A stretch of DNA of 31,280 nt from Spirochaetia bacterium (GCA_027859095.1 JAQIBN010000114.1:1-31280), one strand, 5' to 3'; counted from the first letter of the stretch, positions 1 to 9,054 are shown. The notes: generated by a model from the sequence alone, not told the origin. Numbers and translations: made by a program.

Positions 1-963
1 GATTATATTTTAGAGGATATTAAGGATTTTCTGGCAGTTTTACCAGAAAATAATGATTCAAACTGGGAAGAATTATTCAATATTTTAAAAACCTATAAAG
101 GGACTGAAATTATAGACCGGGGACAATGGAAAAAAATTCTTAAAGGTCTTGATGTTGTTCGAAAAGAAAGAATTTTTGTATTGATGATTAAGCATATAGA
201 TAAGGATCCTCAGTATAATTATATTTCTATATTAAATCCTGATCGAATTGTTGATGATTATCTTAATAAAATAAGAACACAAACAGAAATGATATTACAA
301 AAAATACTAAAAGAGAGAAGGGGTAAGAAGGTAGATGGTTTATTGATGGAAATTTTTGGGACTACAGCAATTTCCAGAATGAAAAATTATACTGAAAAAG
401 CTAATTTAATCTTTTCAAAAAAGATGTTAGGTGGTTTTATTCATGTTGCTCCAGCTAACTATCTAAAAGCATTTCTCCTGGACTTTTTTAAGAGAGATAT
501 AAAAACCCTAATGGATTTAATATTAATACGTGGGAAATGGGCTACTGTCATTTCAAGCCAGCATCTATCTGATGCGTTCCACTCTATTATGGATGTTTCT
601 GGAAAGCTAATTATTTTTGATGATGAACTTTCTGATGAAGGTGCTAAAGGGATTGCTTATAAAGCATTAATGTCAAAGTCAGACAGGGATAAAAATAGTA
701 TTTCAATTCTCAGATCACAATTAAAAGAGACTAATGATGATGTTTTAAATATGATTACTATAGCAGCCCAGAATTTGATAATAATGGGAAGAAGTTTGAA
801 ATCTGTTTTAGAAGACAAAGATAAAAAAGATCATGAAATGATTATAAACTGGAAAGAGGTTGAGAGTGTTACAGAACTTGATCTTAAAGTAGAAATAGCC
901 AGAGTTTATAAAAAGATATATCATTTTGTGCAATTAATGCAGTTTTTTGTAAAAAAGAAGTAA
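1..963 (+). CDS. Hypothetical protein, 5'-truncated by window edge. Frame 1 is open from nt 1; the ORF track starts it at TTG 181. No recognisable family motif.
   Basis: Continuous open frame 1..963 with no stop from the window edge. Ends at TAA 961-963, followed by a hairpin and T-run. Confidence 0.5.
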   Translation, partial: DYILEDIKDFLAVLPENNDSNWEELFNILKTYKGTEIIDRGQWKKILKGLDVVRKERIFVLMIKHIDKDPQYNYISILNPDRIVDDYLNKIRTQTEMILQKILKERRGKKVDGLLMEIFGTTAISRMKNYTEKANLIFSKKMLGGFIHVAPANYLKAFLLDFFKRDIKTLMDLILIRGKWATVISSQHLSDAFHSIMDVSGKLIIFDDELSDEGAKGIAYKALMSKSDRDKNSISILRSQLKETNDDVLNMITIAAQNLIIMGRSLKSVLEDKDKKDHEMIINWKEVESVTELDLKVEIARVYKKIYHFVQLMQFFVKKK

Positions 964-991
964 CACCTTGCGCAGCAATGTGTTATTTCTC

Positions 992-1043
992 GTAGGGGCA
1001 GTCCATAGGGTTGGGATACCAACCCTTGTGGCTGCCCTTTTTT
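992..1043 (+). terminator. Rho-independent terminator of the 5'-partial gene: GC-rich hairpin GGGGCAG...CTGCCC with inner stem AGGGTTGG/CCAACCCT, then TTTTTT.
   Basis: Inverted repeat followed by a T6 run immediately after the stop codon, seen directly in the sequence. Confidence 0.6.
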
Positions 1044-2203
1044 CAATATATATATTTAATCCCAGTCATAATCGAAATCCCATCAACAGAATCGGCTGAT
1101 GGTTCCCATGCAAACGTATCATTACCATCTCCGGCATTTACAGTTACAAAAGTTAATAAACTAAACCCTTCAAATACATTCCAGCTGAAACCTGTTGTTA
1201 CTTGCGCGGAAAGTTCAATTGGGCTTATGATGGATCGTATTGATAAACTAATAGTAGATCCCAGTCCCAGTGAAACTTCAGGATAAATTAGCATGGCATA
1301 GGATCCTGCTTCTCCATCTTCCTCTGTCCAATTGAAGTAGGGGAGTATGACTGATTCCAGTCTTAAGGTAATTGAATTATCATAACCTGCTTCCATCATA
1401 TGAAATAAACCAAAGCTGATATTAAATGTATCCTTTGCTATAAATTCAATTATTGTGCTGTAAAATTCAGGAATTGCTAAAGAAGTGTTTAGGTACCAGT
1501 CCGGACCAAAATTACCCTGGAGGCTTATGTATGGTCTATGAAAGGCATTTATTGAAAGAGCTTCTGTTGTCTCTGTATAAGTAATATCATAGGAGGATCT
1601 ATCTGTTCCATCAAAATAATAGCCTGTTTCAATCTTTATACCACTAGCTTTAGTATATAATCTTATCCCAGCGCCACTCTCCTGTAATTTCCCTAATCCA
1701 GCGCTAACGGGTGGTGCGACTATCAGGCCTTCAATAAACGAAAATCTTCCCAGGGGATAGTTTACAGATGTTAGCCAAGTTGTTTCTGATCGTAATTCTG
1801 TTCCAGTTAGATTTATATATGGAGAGGTACTGCCAAAAATGACATCTCCGGAATTAAAGACAAAACCATCTCCCCATCCTAGCCTTGTTTTACCAATAGT
1901 TAATCTAAAGATTGGAAATTTCGCCTTTATATATGCCTTTTGAAGAATGAAACCCGGAATGCCCGATGAATCAGGATAGATAATGTCACCTGAAATATCT
2001 GCCCGTACATTTTTATTACCTGTAGATTTAAAAGATATTGCACCTTTTCCTGCCATAGTATAGGCCCAGTAAGAATTTAATGAGGTATCTCTTGTTCTTA
2101 ATACTGTATTGTACAATTCCATATCGACAGTAATGCTGTTCTCAGCCATTAAAAAAGGTACTGCTGCAATAAGCAGCAGTACCATGATTATGCTCTTTAC
2201 CAT
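1043..2203 (-). CDS. Secreted protein with signal peptide, putative outer-membrane beta-barrel protein; last gene of the ABC/LolA-like operon.
   Basis: N-terminal hydrophobic signal (MVKSIIMVLLLIAAVPFLMA). Alternating hydrophobic/polar pattern, Gly/Ser/Thr/Tyr-rich, aromatic C-terminus (IKYIY). Start overlaps the stop of the upstream LolA-like gene. Confidence 0.45.
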   Translation of the reverse strand: MVKSIIMVLLLIAAVPFLMAENSITVDMELYNTVLRTRDTSLNSYWAYTMAGKGAISFKSTGNKNVRADISGDIIYPDSSGIPGFILQKAYIKAKFPIFRLTIGKTRLGWGDGFVFNSGDVIFGSTSPYINLTGTELRSETTWLTSVNYPLGRFSFIEGLIVAPPVSAGLGKLQESGAGIRLYTKASGIKIETGYYFDGTDRSSYDITYTETTEALSINAFHRPYISLQGNFGPDWYLNTSLAIPEFYSTIIEFIAKDTFNISFGLFHMMEAGYDNSITLRLESVILPYFNWTEEDGEAGSYAMLIYPEVSLGLGSTISLSIRSIISPIELSAQVTTGFSWNVFEGFSLLTFVTVNAGDGNDTFAWEPSADSVDGISIMTGIKYIY

Positions 2204-2937
2204 GAGAGTTCTTCCAATGAGAACATTTCATCGTCAATGGCAATATTTATCTTTAAGTCACTAATTATCATTATTGTTTCTGTATCAGTTTTCATTTTAT
2301 CAGATATTCTTGTTTCTACAGCAATCATCCTTCCATCGATTTCCTCTACCTCAAGGGTTTCCATCTCTTTCAGGAGTCTTCCTGACTTGGTAAAATACTC
2401 TGCCTTCCATACAAGGAAAGTCTCCTTATCGATCCATACTTTTTCTTTGGGGTAGGGCACTGTTCTAACCTTTGCTGTCATTATTAAAACATAACATTCA
2501 TTTCCATTTACATTTTCTTCACCCTCAAGCACTACATCGTACTGGGATATCCTGTCCTTTCCGCCTGTCATATCTTCATAGGATACATCAGACCCCAGCA
2601 TGGATTGACGGAGCATAGAACCCTGCATCCTAATTAATTCCTCTGCATCAGGAAAGAAAAGGTAAAGTTCGTCTTCTGTTCTAAGTACTTTTTGACCTCT
2701 TTCCGCACGACTTGTAAACTCTATAAGGGATTCCTCCGTGCCTCTGGACCAGGAGTTAAAGGTGCTGACTTTTTCTCCAAATCTATCCTTAATTCTGAAC
2801 TCACCACTTGCTTCGGATGTTTCAAAGACCTGAATCTCGTCTGCTTTTCTAATTATTTCTTCTCCGGTAATGGCAAATATTGTCACAGGAATTAAAAGTG
2901 ACAGAAGAATCAAAATTGTTATTATTTTATTTTTCAT
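2197..2937 (-). CDS. LolA-like periplasmic protein (outer membrane lipoprotein-sorting protein-like fold), non-lipoprotein signal peptide.
   Basis: Signal peptide MKNKIITILILLSLLIPVTIFA. The motif MLGSDVSYEDM resembles the conserved GSDFSYEDL of LolA_like family proteins that accompany MacB-type transporters. Preferred start is ATG 2937 (AGGAGGAGAG RBS) rather than ORF-track start 2958. Confidence 0.55.
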   Translation of the reverse strand: MKNKIITILILLSLLIPVTIFAITGEEIIRKADEIQVFETSEASGEFRIKDRFGEKVSTFNSWSRGTEESLIEFTSRAERGQKVLRTEDELYLFFPDAEELIRMQGSMLRQSMLGSDVSYEDMTGGKDRISQYDVVLEGEENVNGNECYVLIMTAKVRTVPYPKEKVWIDKETFLVWKAEYFTKSGRLLKEMETLEVEEIDGRMIAVETRISDKMKTDTETIMIISDLKINIAIDDEMFSLEELSW

Positions 2938-2950
2938 ATTATCTCTCCTC

Positions 2951-4186
2951 CTAAACATATCTTAGGGCTTCAACTGGTTCTATTTTGGCAGCTTTTCTTG
3001 ATGGGATTAGTGTAGCAAGAGATGCAACAATAACAGAGTAGAAGAATACAAAAATTGTCTTACTAATACTCAATTTTGGATACATCATTCCGGAGATTTC
3101 AAAGTCTATACCCTGCATGGATTCAGTGAAATCGATCCCAGTTTTTCCCAGAATCAATGTAAAACCTATTCCCAAAGTAACACCAATAAAAGTTCCTATT
3201 ATGCTTATGAACATTCCTTCAAGAAAGAAAAGTCTTACCAGTTCTTTCCCATGCATGCCCAGAGCACCAAGAGTTCCAATTTCCCTCATTCTTTCAAATA
3301 TAACCATCATAGTTGTATTGATAATAACCGTACTTCCAAGTAAAAAGAAAATAAATGCCATAATGGTATATACTGTATTTGCCATCTCAATCATCTCATA
3401 TGTTCCGCTGATCTCTGTAAAAGCCTGAACGTCGTAATTGATGGAAGTCTCTTTTTTCAGGGCTTCTTTGATTGCTTCTGCTGCTTCTAGTTCACTAACA
3501 CCCTCTTTCACTTTTAAAATAACTTCCTGGGTATCTCCGTTCATCCTTAGGAAATAACTTATTCTATCAATTGGAGCCCAAAAATACTTTGCATTGAGTG
3601 CCGCTACTGGAAAGGTAAACAGACCCACAATTTCAAGAGTTATGGCATTTGTTCCTCTAGCTGCAGTTGTAGACATAATAGTCACCTTGTCACCAATTTC
3701 CAGTTTTAAATCCCTTGCCAGTACAGCACCCATCATCATCTCGTTTTTACCATTTTCCGGCAAATGTCCCATTTTTAAAGATCCTGCCAGATCGATAAAA
3801 TCTGCTTCTTTTTTGAAATCGGCACCAACACCCATAGCCCCAAAATTTGTTCCCTCAATATAGAGATTAGCCGGGAAACTTGTTCTTGGAACATATACAT
3901 CAACTTCTTCAATAGTATCGAGAACTTTTTGCACTGATTCAGCATCTACAGTCAGATGTACTGGATTAAAACGTTCATACTGTTCATAATTTTCATTTCT
4001 AATCCGGATTCCTCCGGTGTAATAGCTTTTAAGATTCGATTCCATATCGACTTGCATGCCTGCAATAAGCGAAAATAACATAACTATCGCCATAGCTGCC
4101 ACACCGATAGCAACTCCCGAAAGAACAGATCTTCTTTTATTTCGGGATATATTTCTTAAGGCTGTCTTAGCCAGTTTTGTTGTCAT
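2951..4186 (-). CDS. ABC transporter permease, FtsX/MacB-type (4 TM segments with large extracytoplasmic domain).
   Basis: N-terminal TM helix, a large periplasmic domain of roughly 230 aa, then three C-terminal TM helices. Typical of the FtsX-like permease family (LolC/LolE/MacB). Confidence 0.75.
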   Translation of the reverse strand: MTTKLAKTALRNISRNKRRSVLSGVAIGVAAMAIVMLFSLIAGMQVDMESNLKSYYTGGIRIRNENYEQYERFNPVHLTVDAESVQKVLDTIEEVDVYVPRTSFPANLYIEGTNFGAMGVGADFKKEADFIDLAGSLKMGHLPENGKNEMMMGAVLARDLKLEIGDKVTIMSTTAARGTNAITLEIVGLFTFPVAALNAKYFWAPIDRISYFLRMNGDTQEVILKVKEGVSELEAAEAIKEALKKETSINYDVQAFTEISGTYEMIEMANTVYTIMAFIFFLLGSTVIINTTMMVIFERMREIGTLGALGMHGKELVRLFFLEGMFISIIGTFIGVTLGIGFTLILGKTGIDFTESMQGIDFEISGMMYPKLSISKTIFVFFYSVIVASLATLIPSRKAAKIEPVEALRYV

Positions 4187-4204
4187 TTTACCTCCCCCCT
4201 ATAT

Positions 4205-5452
4205 TTACTGATGTCTCAGACAAGATGGTATATCCATTTTAAGTGCCCTTTTTGTTGGGAAAAAAGCTACAAGTGTAGATATGAAAATCCCGGCAAAAAA
4301 GGCTATTCCCATAGTTTTAAAATTCCATGCTCCTCTTATAATGGCCTGAACTCTATAACCTATATCCATATCCCTGTATACATCACCATAATTAATACCA
4401 TAGTTAACAATCCAAAAATTAATAACTATTCCCAGGATCACTCCCATTATTGAACCGATTAGCCCTATTCCCGCAGCCTCAAACATAAATGCAATTCTAA
4501 TTTTTTTATCGGACATACCCAAAGAACGCATCATTCCCAGTTCTCTGATTCTTTCAAAAATTGCCATAAGCATGGTATTTGAAATTCCAACTGCTGCAAT
4601 TAGGAATACCAGAAACAGAATCATAGATGTTCCTCCTCTTTTTGCCTCAGCAATGGCCAGATAATCAGCAGCCATTGATTTCCAGCTCATGACTGTCAGA
4701 TTATCTTCATTTAATAGATTTTGTATACGAATAACTTCAGCATCGATATCGGCAGATTCGGGAAGTTTTATGTTAACTTCTGTTGAAGCCCCTTCCATGG
4801 CAAGATATTCATCTGCAACTGCAATAGGCATCATAATTAATGTTCTGTTTACATTTGGATTGGGACAGTTGACTATCCCTACAATCTCCATGTCCATGGC
4901 TTCATAAAAACCACCATTCCCTCTGGTAACGATTGTTATCCAGTATCCAAGTTCTGCTCCAATATCTTCTGCCAGCCATGACCCCATAACAACAGCATCT
5001 TCATCTTCTTCAGGAAAACGTCCCTGCTGAATAGTGCTGTCAAAATTAAAGACATCAAAATCTTTCTTTGGATCAATTGCAGTAACAATAACTGACATAT
5101 TGCCATCTTCCCCAAAATCAAAACTATTTAGAATGAGATCTCCTGAAAACTCTATTCTTTTTGTAGCTTTAATTCCATTTTTATCAAGTTTTGAAATTAT
5201 CGAATCAGGATCTGGAATATTGATGTCCAGAGGGCGTTGAAAACGATTTTCCCAGTAATCTTCATTCAGGACTCTTGCTGAAGCCGTTTCATACCATTTT
5301 AAATTCCTCACAGATTCAATTTCAAGACCAAGTAGCAGGGAGTCGATAAATATATACATCATCAATCCAAATGCAATGGCTCCTGCTGTAATTAATGTTC
5401 TTCGTTTATACCTGGTCAAATTTTTAAAGGCCAAAGAAATAAGAAATTTCAT
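4205..5452 (-). CDS. ABC transporter permease, FtsX/MacB-type (second paralogous permease).
   Basis: Same architecture as the neighbouring permease. Start ATG overlaps the ATPase stop (ATGA). Confidence 0.75.
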   Translation of the reverse strand: MKFLISLAFKNLTRYKRRTLITAGAIAFGLMMYIFIDSLLLGLEIESVRNLKWYETASARVLNEDYWENRFQRPLDINIPDPDSIISKLDKNGIKATKRIEFSGDLILNSFDFGEDGNMSVIVTAIDPKKDFDVFNFDSTIQQGRFPEEDEDAVVMGSWLAEDIGAELGYWITIVTRGNGGFYEAMDMEIVGIVNCPNPNVNRTLIMMPIAVADEYLAMEGASTEVNIKLPESADIDAEVIRIQNLLNEDNLTVMSWKSMAADYLAIAEAKRGGTSMILFLVFLIAAVGISNTMLMAIFERIRELGMMRSLGMSDKKIRIAFMFEAAGIGLIGSIMGVILGIVINFWIVNYGINYGDVYRDMDIGYRVQAIIRGAWNFKTMGIAFFAGIFISTLVAFFPTKRALKMDIPSCLRHQ

Positions 5453-6135
5453 TATTCCCTCCTTTTCCTGTCACTTTGAATCTGCCCATCGTGAAGCATA
5501 ACAAGTCTGCTGGCATAATCCATAACCATTTTATCGTGGGTCGAAAAAATGAAAGTAGTTTTATGTTTTTCGTTCATCTGTTTCATTAGTCCCAAAATTT
5601 CTTTTCCAGTATCAGAATCAAGATTAGCTGTTGGTTCATCTGCAAGAACAATCTCAGGATTTTTAATTAAAGCTCTTGCAATAGCAACACGCTGCTGCTG
5701 ACCCCCGGAAAGTTTGCCTGGCCTCCTGTGTTCCATCCCTTGAAGACCCACTTCTTTTAAAATAGCCATTGTCCTGTCTTTAATTTCTTTTTCACCCAGG
5801 TTTAGAAGAGAGAGAACAAATGCAACATTTTCATATGCTGTTAAGACTGGAATTAAATTGTATGTTTGAAAAATAAAGCCCAGGTTTTCCCTTCTAAAAT
5901 TTGTTTTTTCCTTCTTTTTCATTTTTGAAACAGCTACATCTTTGATGGAAATCTCCCCTTCATCCATCTTGTCAATACAGCCGATTAAATTGAGAAGAGT
6001 TGTCTTCCCTGAACCTGAAGGACCGGCAATAGACATAAACTCACCCTTTTCAATATTCAGGCTTACACCTCTAAGTGCATTTACTTCTGTTTCACCGGTT
6101 TTGTAGATTCTTTTAACATCTTTTACAGCAATCAT
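5452..6135 (-). CDS. ABC transporter ATP-binding protein (LolD/MacB-ATPase-like).
   Basis: Walker A GPSGSGKTT, ABC signature LSGGQQQRVAIARAL, Walker B IVLADEPT, H-loop STHD. Confidence 0.9.
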   Translation of the reverse strand: MIAVKDVKRIYKTGETEVNALRGVSLNIEKGEFMSIAGPSGSGKTTLLNLIGCIDKMDEGEISIKDVAVSKMKKKEKTNFRRENLGFIFQTYNLIPVLTAYENVAFVLSLLNLGEKEIKDRTMAILKEVGLQGMEHRRPGKLSGGQQQRVAIARALIKNPEIVLADEPTANLDSDTGKEILGLMKQMNEKHKTTFIFSTHDKMVMDYASRLVMLHDGQIQSDRKRRE

Positions 6136-7223
6136 AAATCTCCTCCCTCGTTTTCCTTTTTAATTGTGTCAATCTTATCCAATGCGGCCATACCCATGGT
6201 CGAGCCAATATTCATACTGTCCAGAGCTGAAGAGGGGAGTACCATCAGCGACCCTTTCTGCCTTAGGCCCTCATAGGCCATGTTCATAGCTCTCAAATGA
6301 AGGGCTGTTGGGTTGTCTCTGTAATGCTCGGCAGCCTGTTCGAATTTAGCGGCAATTTCCACCTCTGCGCTTCCAAGAATTACCCTCGATTCCTTTTCTC
6401 TTTCAGCCTGAGCAACCTTGCTCATTGCATCTTCCAGATTTTCGGGAATGACTATATCTGTTATCTCCACTGAGAGTATCGATATTCCCCAGGAATTTGT
6501 TTTTTGATCCAGCATCTGTTGAATTTCATTACAAATTAAGTCTCTGTCTGAAAGCAGGGTAGCAAGCCTGTTTTTCCCAATAGAAGCCCGCAGGGCTGTC
6601 TGGGCTGATAGTGTAATTGCTTCGAGGAAATTTTCCACTTCAAGTACCGCCTTTTGGGCATCCCAGATCATCCAGAAGGCAAGGGCATCTACATGTACAG
6701 GAACTGTATCTTTTGTAAGAGTTTTTTCTGCACTGAAATCGGTGGCTCGAATACGGGTATCAATTTCCCTTGCGATCCTATCAATTACAGGAAAAATGAA
6801 GAATATTCCTGGACCATGAACCTTTTTGAACTTCCCCAGGCGGAGTATAACTGCCTTGTCCCATTCAAGTATTATCTGGAAGGATGGTGAAAGTATGAGT
6901 CCCAAAGATATAATAGCGAACATTGGGTAAAGACTGCTTAGTTCTCCCAAAAGCATACCGGACCATATTAGAATAATCATCATAATTGAGCTGGACCAGA
7001 GGGGCAGAGCCATTAGAAGAATACCCACTCCAATTATGCTTCCAGTTGTTTTCCCCATTATAAGGGGCTCTATGGGGCCTACAAATACAGTTTGGACAAG
7101 AATGGCAAGTCCAAAAAATAGAGCCAGTATCATGAAGGAAAATACATTGAATACATAATCCTTCTTCAGAGTAAAACCCTGAATATTCTTTATTCTGTCG
7201 AATTTATTGCTACTATATTTCAT
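6132..7223 (-). CDS. SPFH/band-7 (stomatin/prohibitin-like) membrane protein with an unusually long polytopic N-terminal region (about 110 aa, 3-4 TM helices).
   Basis: Core SPFH segment ILEWDKAVILRLGKF...PVIDRI..., then a coiled-coil-like AQAEREKESRV. Coupled by ATGA overlaps to the GntR gene upstream and the ABC ATPase downstream. Confidence 0.75.
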   Translation of the reverse strand: MKYSSNKFDRIKNIQGFTLKKDYVFNVFSFMILALFFGLAILVQTVFVGPIEPLIMGKTTGSIIGVGILLMALPLWSSSIMMIILIWSGMLLGELSSLYPMFAIISLGLILSPSFQIILEWDKAVILRLGKFKKVHGPGIFFIFPVIDRIAREIDTRIRATDFSAEKTLTKDTVPVHVDALAFWMIWDAQKAVLEVENFLEAITLSAQTALRASIGKNRLATLLSDRDLICNEIQQMLDQKTNSWGISILSVEITDIVIPENLEDAMSKVAQAEREKESRVILGSAEVEIAAKFEQAAEHYRDNPTALHLRAMNMAYEGLRQKGSLMVLPSSALDSMNIGSTMGMAALDKIDTIKKENEGGDL

Positions 7224-7624
7224 TTCTTTTCCTCTCTGCGCATATTATGCAGATGTTCAATTAGATCTTCCAGAGTAAATCCATATGCTCTGGCATTGGA
7301 AATGTAAGGGTGAGTCAGTTCAGAAAGTATCCTTTCTTTCTCTACTTCAGTTAGTTCAATTTTTTTATTGCTTATGAAGGTTCCAGTACCCTGCTGGGTG
7401 TTTACTATTCCCCGTATCTCTAGTTCATTATAGGCTCTGGCCACAGTATTGGGGTTGATTTTAAGTTCTACAGCAAGACTTCGAACAGTTGGCAGCTGAT
7501 CTCCGTTTCCAAGTCTTCCATCTACAATAGCCATTTCTACCTGAAGTATTACCTGTTTATAGAAAGGTACTCCACTCTTTGGATCCAGGCTGAACTTGAG
7601 TGTTGGGTTAAGTTCTGTTACCAT
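7220..7624 (-). CDS. GntR-family transcriptional regulator, short YtrA-like subfamily (winged HTH plus a minimal C-terminal domain).
   Basis: HTH region LPTVRSLAVELKINPNTVARAYNELEIRGIV is the classic GntR signature. At 134 aa its size is typical of YtrA-type regulators of ABC transporter operons. Confidence 0.8.
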   Translation of the reverse strand: MVTELNPTLKFSLDPKSGVPFYKQVILQVEMAIVDGRLGNGDQLPTVRSLAVELKINPNTVARAYNELEIRGIVNTQQGTGTFISNKKIELTEVEKERILSELTHPYISNARAYGFTLEDLIEHLHNMRREEKK

Positions 7625-7674
7625 CCATGCCTCTTCTTTTTGTATATATTGTATTATAGTATTAGTACAATATA

Positions 7675-7703
7675 AATATATTACATAGGTACATTGCTGT
7701 CAA
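7675..7703 (-). promoter_or_regulatory. Sigma70-type promoter of the GntR-SPFH-ABC operon (TTGACA - 17 - TATATT on the minus strand). An inverted repeat TTGTA-N12-TACAA (7649-7670) lies over the predicted +1 region.
   Basis: Perfect -35 hexamer with 17-nt spacing to an AT-rich -10. Palindromic sequence overlaps the transcription start, consistent with an autoregulatory GntR operator. Confidence 0.45.
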
Positions 7704-7831
7704 GAAAAAGTTTTTAAATCTTTACAAATTATTTATGGAATGAGATGACCCTTATTTATGATCAATTTTAATTTATTGATTACAATTCAGAGTTTTTTGA
7801 CAAATTCCAAATATAAGTGTACACTAAGTGC

Positions 7832-8068
7832 ATGGCAGTTAAAACAATTACAATCGATATGGAATCATACTCACTTTTGGCCTCAAGGAAGCGGAGTGGG
7901 GAATCATTTAGTAAGGTTATTAAAAGAACTTTGGGAGAAGAAGGTAAAACAGGGAAAAACCTTTTACTCCATTTAAAGGATCTAAATACTTCTGATGAGT
8001 TTCTTGATCATATGGAAGATGTTGCTGCTGAAAGGAAGGCAGAATATCCTGAGGATGTTAATCTCTAA
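7832..8068 (+). CDS. vapB: VapB-type antitoxin (small DNA-binding antitoxin).
   Basis: About 79 aa. N-terminal MAVKTITIDMESYSLLASRKRSGESFSKVIKRTL resembles the archaeal/bacterial VapB antitoxin family. Stop overlaps the start of the PIN gene (TAATG). Confidence 0.6.
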   Translation: MAVKTITIDMESYSLLASRKRSGESFSKVIKRTLGEEGKTGKNLLLHLKDLNTSDEFLDHMEDVAAERKAEYPEDVNL

Positions 8069-8469
8069 TGCTTTTAGATACTTGCTTTTTAATAGATATT
8101 CTGCGTGAATCAAAAAAAGGTATAGAAGGATCTGCTATTAAGAAGTTGCAGGAACTGGAAGGTTCAATTCTTAATATTTCATTATTTACAGTTTGTGAAT
8201 TAATGGGGGGTGTTGAAAAATCATTGAATCCTCAAAGAGAGCGCAGTAATGTTGAATTTTTACTTGAGCATTTAAGAGTTATATATCCTGATACCGGATT
8301 TGCAGTAAGTTATGGAGAAATTTATGGATATCTTGCCAGAAATGGAATAATGATACCACAAATGGATCTTCTAATAGGGTGTCAGGCAAAGATATTAAAT
8401 ATGCCGCTGATTACCAAAGATGTGGAACATTTTAAACGCATTAAGGGATTGGTTGTTGAGTCTTATTAG
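8068..8469 (+). CDS. vapC: PIN-domain toxin VapC (ribonuclease).
   Basis: N-terminal MLLDTCFLIDIL with conserved Asp, further acidic residues, 133 aa. Genetic coupling to the upstream antitoxin. Confidence 0.7.
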   Translation: MLLDTCFLIDILRESKKGIEGSAIKKLQELEGSILNISLFTVCELMGGVEKSLNPQRERSNVEFLLEHLRVIYPDTGFAVSYGEIYGYLARNGIMIPQMDLLIGCQAKILNMPLITKDVEHFKRIKGLVVESY

Positions 8470-8547
8470 TATAACTATTGAGATTTTTACTAAAATATAA
8501 TATATATCGTTAGAAATACTTTATGGATTTTTATCCTGGAGAAACAT

Positions 8548-8970
8548 GTGCCTGAAGACCTTAATAACTTAAATCCAGAAGTTCAAAAATATTCCAATAA
8601 ATTTATTAGAACTATTCTAATAATACTTGGAACTATATCAGTATTATTAGGGCTTATTGGAATAGTTTTACCTCTTCTTCCCACCACACCATTTCTGCTC
8701 CTTGGGGCTGCAAGTTATGCAAAAAGCTCTGATAAGTTTTACAAATGGTTGATCACAAATAAATTGTTTGGTAGTTACATAAAGAATTATAGAGAGGGTA
8801 AGGGCATCCCTGTTAGAATCAAGTTTACTGCTCTAATATTTCTATGGGCAACAATACTAACAACAGTAATATTTTTTATTCCGATTATACCTGTTAAAAT
8901 TCTGCTTATTGTAATCGCTGCAGGGGTGACAATTCACATTTTAAAACTACCTTCTTTAAAAAGAAAATAA
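8548..8970 (+). CDS. ybaN: DUF454/YbaN-family inner membrane protein.
   Basis: Motif IVLPLLPTTPFLLLGAASYAKSS and four short TM segments, typical of YbaN/DUF454. Confidence 0.6.
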   Translation: MPEDLNNLNPEVQKYSNKFIRTILIILGTISVLLGLIGIVLPLLPTTPFLLLGAASYAKSSDKFYKWLITNKLFGSYIKNYREGKGIPVRIKFTALIFLWATILTTVIFFIPIIPVKILLIVIAAGVTIHILKLPSLKRK

Positions 8971-9011
8971 ACTATGACCAATATTCAAAAAAAACTTGTA
9001 AATTCACCTGT

Positions 9012-9040
9012 TTGCAGTTAGTGTAAAGATGTAATAAATA
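9012..9040 (+). promoter_or_regulatory. Candidate sigma70 promoter for the dihydropyrimidinase gene (TTGCAG - 17 - TAAATA).
   Basis: Hexamer spacing read directly; only a moderate match. Confidence 0.3.
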
Positions 9041-9054
9041 TAAATTTTTGTGGC

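Noticed and set aside
1290-1310. Sigma54-type promoter candidates (TGGCAT-N5-CTGCT at about 1294; GGGCACGG at about 18458; TGGAATCAACTTGTT upstream of the symporter operon).
   Set aside because: GG/GC spacing is off by one, or the -12 TTGC element is absent. The first lies inside a coding region. None qualifies as a -24/-12 promoter.
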